DNA of 63,936 nt, filler included, from Octopus bimaculoides (lineage: Eukaryota): assembly GCF_001194135.2 (NCBI RefSeq). It is 5 parts of 5 records of this genome, joined end to end, with 100 filler letters (N's around TTAATTAATTAA, not from the genome) between each part and the next. Parts side by side here need not be neighbours in the genome. Positions count along the whole stretch, not along the records: positions 53,224 to 58,056 come from NC_069001.1; positions 58,157 to 61,145 come from NC_068996.1; positions 61,246 to 63,936 come from NC_068981.1; 2 more parts are not named here. The stretch is one strand, 5' to 3'. The stretch's first letter is position 1. Each line of letters opens with the position of its first letter. The notes below the pieces were generated by a model. The model was not told where the DNA came from. It ran no database searches and saw nothing but the letters and a program-made list of their open reading frames with translations. The position numbers and the translations under genes are program-made. This document shows, one piece after another, positions 53,467 through 63,936 of the stretch.

Positions 53467-54095
53467 CAATAATAATAGTAATAGTAATAGTAATCATCAT
53501 CATCATCATCATCATCATCATATTAACAACATCATCATCAGCAACAGCAACCCTAATAATGGTATTAGTAGCAATAATGCTGCTGCTGTTGTTATTGAAA
53601 ATGTTGATGATGATGATGATGATATTTGCAATAACAATCATAACAGCAGCAACAATAACAACTATGACGTTGCTGCTACTGCCGTTGTCAATGACGATGA
53701 CAATGTTAAAAAAAAAAAAGAAAAGCTTCAGTTAATCACACAAACACCCCGCTGTGGACAGAAATATTACAGAAAAAAAAAGAAAGAAAGAAAGAAAGAA
53801 GAAAGAAATAACATGAAAAACTAAAAGACTCTAAAAAGTAACAATAACACCAACAACAACAACAACAACAACAACAACGAAAACGACGACGCGAAAAAAA
53901 AAAGAACTAAAAAAGAATAAGGCAAAACTGTGTGTAAATCTGTTGTGAAGAATTTCATTTGGTATTTCTCTGTGGTATTGTGTATTTGTTAAACATCAAA
54001 GAGACAGAAAAGAAGTTTCGTTCGCTGAAGTAGACATAAAATGTCTTTGATTGAGGCCACCTAATCAGGAGGACACTGGCATGATAATAACAATG

Positions 54096-54160
<65 letters not shown>

Positions 54161-54353
54161 CATGATGATGATGATGATGATAATGATAATATTAATGATA
54201 ATGATAATAATAATAAGAATAACGATAATGATAATAATGATAATGATATTAATAATAATAATAATAATGATGATGATGATGAGGAGGAGGAGGACGATGA
54301 TAACGGTTTCAAATTTTTTGGCACAAGGTCCGGATGCAAAACAAAATCGACCC

Positions 54354-54406
<53 letters not shown>

Positions 54407-55261
54407 CATTATTATTATTATTATTATTATGAAGGCTGCGAGCTGGTAGAATCGTTAGCGCGCCGGGCGAAACGCTTAGCAGTATTTCGCCCATGTGAAC
54501 GTCCACGCGAATGGTGGTGGTGGTGGTGGTGGTGTGGTATTGAGCACGACGATGACGACGACGACCACCACCACCACCACCAGCTCCAACACCACCACAA
54601 CCACCACCAAAACCAGCATCAGCACCACCAACTCCAGCACCACGAACATCACCACCACCACAATCACCACGACCACGACAGCGACGANNNNNNNNNNNNN
54701 NNNNNNNNNNNNNNNNNNNNNNNNNNNNNNNNNNNNNNNNNNNNNNNNNNNNNNNNNNNNNNNNNNNNNNNNNNNNNNNNNNNNNNNNNNNNNNNNNNNN
54801 NNNNNNNNNNNNNNNNNNNNNNNNNCACCACCACCACCACCACCACCACCATTCCAATAGCCATTCCAGCTCCAACAACAGCAATAAGGAAAAGAAAATA
54901 GATATTTCCGCTTGACGGATCCGTTCCAAGTGTGTATGTATAGTTTCGAGAAGTGGAACTGACATTCCGTGGCCCCCACACCGACCTTAAAGTGATCTGA
55001 CACCGAACACCAAATACAAATTGTGTTTGTTTTCGCCATCTTTATAATTAGTCTCTGTCGTATTTCACTCGGGGGTTGTTACTTTAGCTCCCACAGCTAC
55101 CATCATCACCACCACCTTCATTGGTATCACCACCGCCACCCCCGTCACTGTCACTAACATCGTCACCACCACGACCATCACCATCACCACTATCACCGTC
55201 ACCACCACCACCACTACCACCAGCACCACAACTCTCATCAGCACCCTAACCCTAACCCTAA

Positions 55262-55490
55262 CCCTACACCAAGTGCCTGGAGGTGGTAGTGCTGCCCTGG
55301 GTCAAGAGGAAGGCTGCTGGAAGACCTTATGTCTGGCAACAAGACCCCTTGCACCATGCCACACGAGCAGAAGAACCCAGTCATGGCTGTCAGACAATTT
55401 CTGCGACCACTTCACCCCCTAACATCTGGCCACCTAACTCCCCAGACTGCAACCCCATTGAGGACCGTGTATGTATCACGTAGGGCTGGA
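55262..55490 (+). mobile_element. DD37D-type transposase fragment, same family as 40614-40743
   Basis: YTKCLEVVVLPWVKRKAAGRPYVWQQD, then after a frameshift ..TSPPNIWPPNSPDCNP. Confidence 0.8.
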
Positions 55491-58156
55491 AATGGGAGCG
55501 ATGACCTCCCTCGCAAATACTAATCGGACACAGAACGTGTGTCGTTGGCCAGCAGGAGGAGATGTCTTCCTGGGGCTAAAAACAACAGGAGCACCGTCCT
55601 CTATAGGGCTACCACATTTAGTTGGCAAATATATTTTACGATATATATATATATATATAGTCCGCCCTTGAGTATAATACGCAAGGGATTTTTAGGGGGC
55701 TGTACCTCTGAAAAACCTAAACCTTGTACGCACCCCTTCTCTAACTTGAGTCAAGGAGGTCTGTATAACGTCCTTGGTTTGTAAACATATATACGGTAAC
55801 GTCCTTTATTATTATTGTATATATATTGCATAGTGCAAACGTGTAACTTTTTTGTGCACTTTGTTTTCAGAAAATAAAGAAATAACAGTAATAACGTCAG
55901 TGAAAAATAAATATTAAGTAAATTGCCTTTACATATTTATCACTATCAGTTACAAGCCCGACATCACAAAATGCATCTGAATGAATATTGCCGGACAGCA
56001 AATAGNNNNNNNNNNNNNNNNNNNNNNNNNNNNNNNNNNNNNNNNNNNNNNNNNNNNNNNNNNNNNNNNNNNNNNNNNNNNNNNNNNNNNNNNNNNNNNN
56101 NNNNNNNNNNNNNNNNNNNNNNNNNNNNNNNNNNNNNNNNNNNNNNNNNNNNNNNNNNNNNNNNNNNNNNNNNNNNNNNNNNNNNNNNNNNNNNNNNNNN
56201 NNNNNNNNNNNNNNNNNNNNNNNNNNNNNNNNNNNNNNNNNNNNNNNNNNNNNNNNNNNNNNNNNNNNNNNNNNNNNNNNNNNNNNNNNNNNNNNNNNNN
56301 NNNNNNNNNNNNNNNNNNNNNNNNNNNNNNNNNNNNNNNNNNNNNNNNNNNNNNNNNNNNNNNNNNNNNNNNNNNNNNNNNNNNNNNNNNNNNNNNNNNN
56401 NNNNNNNNNNNNNNNNNNNNNNNNNNNNNNNNNNNNNNNNNNNNNNNNNNNNNNNNNNNNNNNNNNNNNNNNNNNNNNNNNNNNNNNNNNNNNNNNNNNN
56501 NNNNNNNNNNNNNNNNNNNNNNNNNNNNNNNNNNNNNNNNNNNNNNNNNNNNNNNNNNNNNNNNNNNNNNNNNNNNNNNNNNNNNNNNNNNNNNNNNNNN
56601 NNNNNNNNNNNNNNNNNAACAAGGATCAGTTTTCGAATCTCGGAAACGTAGCATTAAATTTCATTTCACTTCGATGATTCCATTTAAAAATGCATGAACG
56701 CCACAAAATCTTCTTTCAGTTTCGATCGCCCCTCAGTATATCTTCTGCCTCTTCATTCACTTATCGTATGGTCGGTTTATCATAAGACAAAGGTATAAAT
56801 CGTTTTTAACGGTTGAACTCGAAGTAAATAAAGCTATAAAATAATAGTGCGGAAAATATTAAGTTAAAGGTCCCATTGGATAGATAAAAGATTTTCAATT
56901 CAATATTTACACAATAGGTGCAGGAGTGACTGTGTGGTAAGAAGCTTGCTTCCTAACCACATCGCTCCGGGTTCAGTGTCACTGCGTGGTACCTTGGGCA
57001 AGTGTCTTCTAGTATAGCCTCGGCTCGACCAAAGCCTTGTGAGTGGATTATTTCAGTTGTCAAGGATTTTATCGAGAGTCAGCGCGATTTCGTCACTCGG
57101 AAAAAGTTGTTAACGCTCGTCTGGAAAATGCCAAGATTTAAACAAAGCAAAATGGAGTCGATGCTTAAGATTGCATGTAATAAGTGTATGTCTATACATA
57201 AGGGTTTGTAGGTTTGTGTACACTACACCGGTAACAGGCTCCGACTTCGATCCGAAACTATGGTTTCGACTTTGGCTTGTGTTCATTCCAGCGATCTTTC
57301 ATTTGATATTGGTGTCGCTACCACCATTCTCATTTCATTCGACGATCGCCATCATCACAATCATCATCATAACCACTACCACCTCTACCATCATCCCCAT
57401 CACCTGCACGGCCATCATCATCAGCACTACTGTTATTACAACCACCACCACCACCACCACCACCACCACCACCGTCACCAACACCATCATCATCGTCATT
57501 ACTACCACCACCATCACCACCACTACCACCACCACTATCACCTTTATCATCACCATCATCATAATCATCATCATTACTATCATCATCACCACTGCTACCT
57601 CTACCATCATCACCATCACCAGCACGACCATCATCATCACCGCTACTATTATCACTACCACCACCATCAGCAGCACCATCACTTCAGACTCTATCATCAC
57701 CTNNNNNNNNNNNNNNNNNNNNNNNNNNNNNNNNNNNNNNNNNNNNNNNNNNNNNNNNNNNNNNNNNNNNNNNNNNNNNNNNNNNNNNNNNNNNNNNNNN
57801 NNGTGTGTGTGTGTGTGTGTGTGTGTGTGAGTGTGTGTGTGTGTATGCATATGTATGTATATATATGTATATGTGTTTGTATAAAAATGTCTGCGTGTGT
57901 ATGTACATATACGTATATGTGTATGCATAAATATGTGCGAATGTGTATGTATATATATAAGTGTGAATGAGCATGTATATATGAGTGTGTATGCGTATGT
58001 ATAACTATATGTGTGAATGTGTTTGTATATATGTATATATGTGTTTGTATATATATNNNNNNNNNNNNNNNNNNNNNNNNNNNNNNNNNNNNNNNNNNNN
58101 TTAATTAATTAANNNNNNNNNNNNNNNNNNNNNNNNNNNNNNNNNNNNNNNNNNNN

Positions 58157-58500
58157 CGTGATGTTGACATCCGTAGGACAGCTGATTTCTACTACTGTAC
58201 ACAGTTTCTCTTCTCTGTCCCAGATTACTATATCCGGTCTATTATGTCTGCACTTTATTGAGGTTTTTATTGGGACATTCCACCAATACTCTTTCATATT
58301 GTGAGTGGTAATGGCCTCTACCTCATTATGGGTTTTCATCTCCTTAGCCCCGGGGTTATCCTGTCGGCGGATTTCATTGTACAGTGTCTTGGCCACAACA
58401 TTATGTCTCATAGGTAGGTAATACCGTGATGACATTTTTGGACAGCTGCTAATGATGTGGGTGATATCTTCGATACTGATTCCACAGAGTATCGATTATT
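58157..58500 (-). mobile_element. Restriction-like-endonuclease non-LTR retrotransposon fragment (R4/Dong/NeSL-like)
   Basis: Partial zinc knuckle CGISIEDITHIISSC, then YLPMRHNVVAK and the RLE motif RPDIVIWD..CTVVEISCP.D; cut by the gap and by (TACA)n. Confidence 0.85.
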
Positions 58501-59320
58501 ACATTGTATGTATGTATGTATGTATGTATGTATGTATGTTTGTTTGTAATACATATCTAGAACTTGATGTATGCGTTTACATTGGAGTGAGGATTTAATA
58601 GATATCATAGCATCAAACTATGTAGATACATAGTGCAGGGAGCGTCAGGAAATTTCTGAAGCCAAGGTTGGAAACGTTTATTATTGCTTCTGTTTAGGGC
58701 TAGTTCAGTTATAATTGATTACACACACACACACACACCCACACCCACACACACACACATCCCCCCCACACACAAGTGTCCTTTATCTTATATTCAAGCG
58801 CATAGACACACATGTACATACATATTACGCATGGACGTTTTATTTATTCCGTGTATGTTTATTAATCTAAAGTACTTTATATGTTCAATACTCGTACTAC
58901 TGACCAATAATGCGTTATTTATGCAAATCAAACCCTACCTTAAGTCTTGTGGCTGTTAATACCATATACTCAGTTCCTCAGGACATTCCACCAGTCAAAT
59001 GCATTCCCGTTTTTTATGACCCTAGAGGAGTTTCTATAAAAAGATGCATTTACAGTAGTCCTGTGTATTTAAATCAAATGTAGTTAATTGGCAGTACCAT
59101 ATGAGTGTCGTATGAAATATCATGCTAACACTTGTGCCCTGAGTTCAAATCCCGCCGAGCTCAGCTTTCGCTTCTATCACATTCAAATAAACGGGTAAAG
59201 CACCATATACGCACAGTTGATTTCTTCTGCCTGTCTGCCCCCTCTTTCTCTCTCTATCTATTTATTTATTTATTTATTTCTCTCTCTCTCTCTCTCTCTA
59301 TGTATGTATGTATGTATCTG

Positions 59321-59385
<65 letters not shown>

Positions 59386-60070
59386 ACATACATACATACA
59401 TGCATAGAGATGCACAAATATACACATACACAAGANNNNNNNNNNATACATGCATAGAGATGCACAAATATACACATACACAAGACATATTTGTATACAT
59501 ACACCCTCAACACACACACACACACACTCACCCCCCCACACACACTCACCCCCCACACACACACTCACACACACACACACATATTTAAATATGTTATTTG
59601 TATATACATGTATGTTACTTTAGGTTTGATAAAACTTTTCAAAACAATCACTTATCAAACTTGAGGTGATATGTCAGTGATTTCCTTCGATACAAAAGCG
59701 ACACCAGATATGGGAACGGATTGCACAAAAGTGACAATTTATGTACTTTCTGGCTTTTTCTTTGTGAGAAATTGAATTTATTTTATCAAACAGAATTATC
59801 TGTTTCTGAATTTAGGCGTACTGTGGGCTAGGCACGTGCAGCCGTTACATAAATCTAAGGCAAATTCACTGTGTGTGAAGAAAGTTCTGTATCGCTTTAA
59901 TTACAGACGTTAGTTTCATGTTAGTCAACGTTAGTTGACTCCATTCTTTTATAGAAAAGCCTGAAAACTTTGCGCTGTATGATCGAATACGGGACATCGT
60001 AGTTGCAAGGAGTTCTTTTCAAGCATTCGTTCATACTGAAACTTATTATCTATCTATCTATCTATCTATG

Positions 60071-60119
<49 letters not shown>

Positions 60120-60288
60120 GTGTCTGTCTATCTGTCTGTGTGTCTGTATGTCTGTTTGTCTGTCTATCTATCTACCTATTCACACGTACACACACACACA
60201 CAAACACATATAGATACACACACATATTCATACACATTTTCACGCACATATTCATACACATTTTCACACACATATTCATACACATTTA

Positions 60289-60520
60289 AGGCGGCAGCTG
60301 GCAGAATCGTTAGCACGCCGAGCGAAATGCTTAGCGGTATTTCGTCTGCCACTACGTTCTGAGTTCAAATTCCGCCGAGGTCGACTTTGCCTTTCATCCT
60401 TTCGGGGTCGATTAAATAAGTACCAGTTACGCACTGGATTCGATATAATCGACTTAATCCGTTTGTCTGTCCTTGTTTGTCCTCTCTGTGTGTAGCCCCT
60501 TGTGGGCAGTAAAGAAATAA
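60289..60520 (+). mobile_element. tRNA-derived SINE family A, best-preserved copy
   Basis: A-box TGGCAGAATCG, B-box GAGTTCAAATTC, core GTCGACTTTGCCTTTCATCCTTTCGGGGTCGAT. Other copies approx.: 1700-1895-, 4025-4245-, 6850-7075+, 7078-7262-, 23960-24180+, 28640-28750-, 29500-29765-, 31185-31390-, 37090-37292+, 40360-40810-, 47260-47475-, 47840-47990-, 48065-48290-, 62085-62290+, 62960-63175-. Confidence 0.9.
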
Positions 60521-60852
60521 CACATATTCACACACACTCACACTCATACACACACACGCGCGCACATACACAAACACACAGACACACACACAAATACTTG
60601 ATCGTTTCATGCAACTCCATTTAATGGAACAATGCGATCATTACATTAATTTAAAATGCAGAGCAATCCTCAGCTGCACAAAGACAGAATTTAATTAAAT
60701 TAGAACAGATGGATACATTAGTATAATTATACCTAAAATCTCCAAGAAGTTAAGAAGATCGACAAAAGAACATGCTGCCTTCACTCCAGCATAGAAGCTA
60801 CTAAGGTATTGTTACAGACTCTACCTGTCACTGATTTAAAAAAAAAAATAAT

Positions 60853-61145
60853 AGGCGCAGGAGTGGCTGTGTGGTAAGTAGCTTGCTTAGCAACCACATG
60901 GTTCCGGGTTCAGTCCCACTGCGTGGCATCTTGAGCAAGTATCTTCTACTATAGCCTCGGGCCGACCAAACCTTGTGAGTGGATTTGGTAGAGGGAAACT
61001 GAAAGAAGCCCGTCGCATGTTTGTGTGTCTGTGTTTGTCCCCCTAGCATTTTTTGACAACCGATGCTGGTGTGTTTATGTCCCCGTAATTTAGCGGTTCG
61101 GCAAAAGAGACCCATAGAATAAGTCCTAGGCTTACAAAGAATAAG
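60853..61145 (+). mobile_element. tRNA-derived SINE family B, representative copy
   Basis: GGCGCAGGAGTGGCTGTGTGGTAAG...GGTTCAGTCCCACTGCGTGGCA..GCAAGT..GAAACTGAAAGAAGCCCG. Other copies approx.: 5893-6060+, 6400-6610+, 15415-15590-, 15740-15960-, 17020-17230-, 17480-17815, 17990-18340-, 32000-32245-, 39520-39780-, 44320-44460-, 44720-44890+, 45150-45310-, 45765-45970-, 46020-46510+, 46565-46710-, 52490-52905-, 56915-57055+. Confidence 0.9.
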
Positions 61146-61464
61146 NNNNNNNNNNNNNNNNNNNNNNNNNNNNNNNNNNNNNNNNNNNNTTAATTAATTA
61201 ANNNNNNNNNNNNNNNNNNNNNNNNNNNNNNNNNNNNNNNNNNNNATATATATGCATATGTACATAAATACTTACATACATACATACATACATACATACA
61301 AAATATGAGAGTTTAGTTCACTGGTGATCTACACGACTAGGTACACTAGGTAAGTGTTGTAACGGATTACTATGGCTCCAAGGTTATAGCCGAAACGGTA
61401 GTTATGGAGCCATTGCAGATTTCCGATATTACGGATATATAATTATTAAAGAGGACAGCAAACT

Positions 61465-61727
61465 TTAAGGCAAGGCAAACAACTCAAGTCATTTTAACGT
61501 ACATGATTTTCGCAGGATTGCACCCAAGGACTTACGGACTTACTTTTATTGCTTCTTTTTTTTTATCTTCCTTCACCTCCTTATTCTTTTACTCCTGTCT
61601 TCTATGTTGTCATTTGATTCATCTATATCCTTCTCATTTTCTCTATTTGTCTCCCATGATGGAATATCCCATACTCAGAGATATCAGAGAAACAGCTGTA
61701 AGACTTTGAATTTGTTTTTTTTTTCAC

Positions 61728-61779
<52 letters not shown>

Positions 61780-61810
61780 TATATGACTTGAGATGTTTGC
61801 CTTGCCTTAA
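61465..61810. mobile_element. TTAA-flanked MITE with GG termini (Kolobok-like)
   Basis: TTAA|GGCAAGGCAAACAACTCAAGTCAT ... ATGACTTGAGATGTTTGCCTTGCC|TTAA; 24-bp TIR with 1 mismatch. Confidence 0.75.
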
Positions 61811-61833
61811 CGTTTGTTGTTCTCTTTAACAAT

Positions 61834-61886
<53 letters not shown>

Positions 61887-63175
61887 ATATAAAAGTTAAT
61901 TAGAGGATATATTAACCTCTTACAGGCATGATTACATCTAAGAAAGCACTTTATCTATACCTTATGTTTTTGAGAAATAAAATTTCCCTATATTTGTAGG
62001 TATATATTAAGTATATAATCCGTATTAAATTAAGAGAAGAAAATAGATAATTAGTGGTTGATATTTATTAATTGATAAACGCAACGTGCTCCAGTATCGT
62101 TATCACACCAAGCGAAATGCTTAGTGGTATTTCGTCTGTCTTCATGTTCTGAGTTCAAATGCCGCCGGGGTCGACTTTCCCTTTCATCCTTCCGGAATTG
62201 ATAAATTAAGTACCGGTAAAATACTGGGCTCAATGTAATCGACTTACCTCTTCCCCCAAAATGTCAGGCCTTGTGCTTATAGTAGAAAGAAATATGTATT
62301 TATTAATAAATTGATAATAATTTCTTCCTGCAGCTGTTTCCATTTATACTCATTAGAGAAATTACAATTTTATGCATTAAATTTGCATATATTGAATATA
62401 AGTTATGAACAAAATACCGTGATGCAGTACCAAGCAGTAGCTCTCATGGCTTCTGATCTTAACTGATTGAAAGTGTTATCATGTACATTGTCTTCTCTTG
62501 GTATAAATGATGGGCTACAGCAAATATTCTGCTTAATACCACAGATTTGCTTGTCAGTTGCCTGACCTTAACCAGTTGAGCATGTCCCTTGGTGATTGCA
62601 TCTCTGATCACAAGCAGAAGTAGTGGGGGAGCATGATAGCCATGTGTTGAGAGGAGTTCTTTGGAGTTTGAATAATTCACCTTTGGAAATATGGGTGTTT
62701 TGCTCAACATCCTTAAACAAACCTTATTCAAAAACCTTTTGAGTGGGATGGGCTACTCGACCTGAAGAAAATTCTAACTGGGCCCCACCTGCGAGGTCAT
62801 GCGCTGTTTATCTTGATATGAGATCACCATGTCGCGTACATATGGTTGTGATGCATGTGCCTGGTGTACCCTTATCAAAAGGGTAGTCATAACGGTTATA
62901 CTGGGTTATACAACGGTTATACAACAACAACAAAAACAACAACAACAACAACAGCAATAATAAGTCTTTCTACTATAGGTACAAGGCCTGACATTTTGCA
63001 AGAGGGTACCAGTCGATTACATCGTCCCCAGTGCGTAACAGATACTTCATTGATCAACCCCGATAGGATGAAATGCGAAGTCGGCCCCGGCGGAATTTGA
63101 ACTCAGATCCTAGCGACTGCCGAAATACCGCTAAGCATTTTGCCCGGCGTGCTAACTAGCCTGCCAACTCACCAC

Positions 63176-63417
<242 letters not shown>

Positions 63418-63789
63418 TGAACAGCAGCAAGTTTCTGTCAATGCTGACAGATCACTGTGCAGTTATTCAAGACCATGAACCGGCAATATGAATTTCTGTC
63501 ATCCGATTAATTGTATTTGGTTGAACGTAAAATTTTCCCCTGGAAGATATTTTGTGTATCAGTTTGTATTGTAGTTCCACTTCTCAGCTTCCACGTTGCA
63601 GTTTATATTCTACTCAGCTCACTATAGTCTCTTTCTATCTCTCAGTCACTCCGCTTCACTTTCACACACTTTTACAAATGAACACACATAAGCACACACT
63701 CTCAACTCTCCCTGACTCTCTATATATCTCTCTTTCTCTTTCTTTTCCCATTATTCTTTCTCTCCTTCTCTCTATCCTCTCTCTCTCTC

Positions 63790-63822
<33 letters not shown>

Positions 63823-63936
63823 TCAATCCTAGCTACATGTTGCTCGTTATATTTGTCCCATCAAACTTTTTGTCTATTTTCAATTTTGTTATAGCTATTT
63901 CTCTACTTACATCTTTCCCTGCTACCTCTATCTCTA

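Noticed and set aside
53830-53958. Hydrophobic minus-strand mini-ORF MKFFTTDL...LLLL as a possible signal peptide; also LKIPYQLLLAIIFCAI near 50470-50512
   Set aside because: The first is microsatellite-derived and has no donor; the second has no in-frame ATG and no donor.
53273-54981. Poly-Ile, poly-Asn, poly-Thr and poly-His ORFs (also 57171-57970, 63140-63441)
   Set aside because: Translations of trinucleotide microsatellites, with no splice or domain support.

Overview
AT-rich, microsatellite-dense eukaryotic scaffold with many N gaps. The SINE families and simple-repeat load look like an octopus genome (inference, not verified). Almost every long ORF in the supplied track is an artefact of microsatellites or N runs. 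The main result is a spliced minus-strand gene that the ORF track mostly misses. Six exons with canonical AG/GT sites and mutually consistent phases (46918-46784, 41949-41785, 39247-39209, 30340-30075, 29050-28837, 27923-27792) join into one open frame of 951 nt. It encodes a complete 10-Cys Ly6/uPAR (three-finger, quiver/sleepless-like) domain, a ~185-aa low-complexity linker with acidic, Trp-cluster, poly-Asn and Lys-rich parts, and the first half of a second, paralogous LU domain. The signal-peptide exon and the last exon(s) were not found; the visible gene lies between two artificial contig-join spacers. A possible second minus-strand gene is suggested by a 72-nt exon plus a 15-nt microexon near 4.3-4.5 kb. 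The rest is decayed transposons (DD37D and other Tc1/mariner, CR1/L2-like, RTE and R4/Dong-like LINEs, Penelope-like ends, a Helitron-like piece, several TIR/foldback MITEs), several dozen tRNA-derived SINE copies, and microsatellites.
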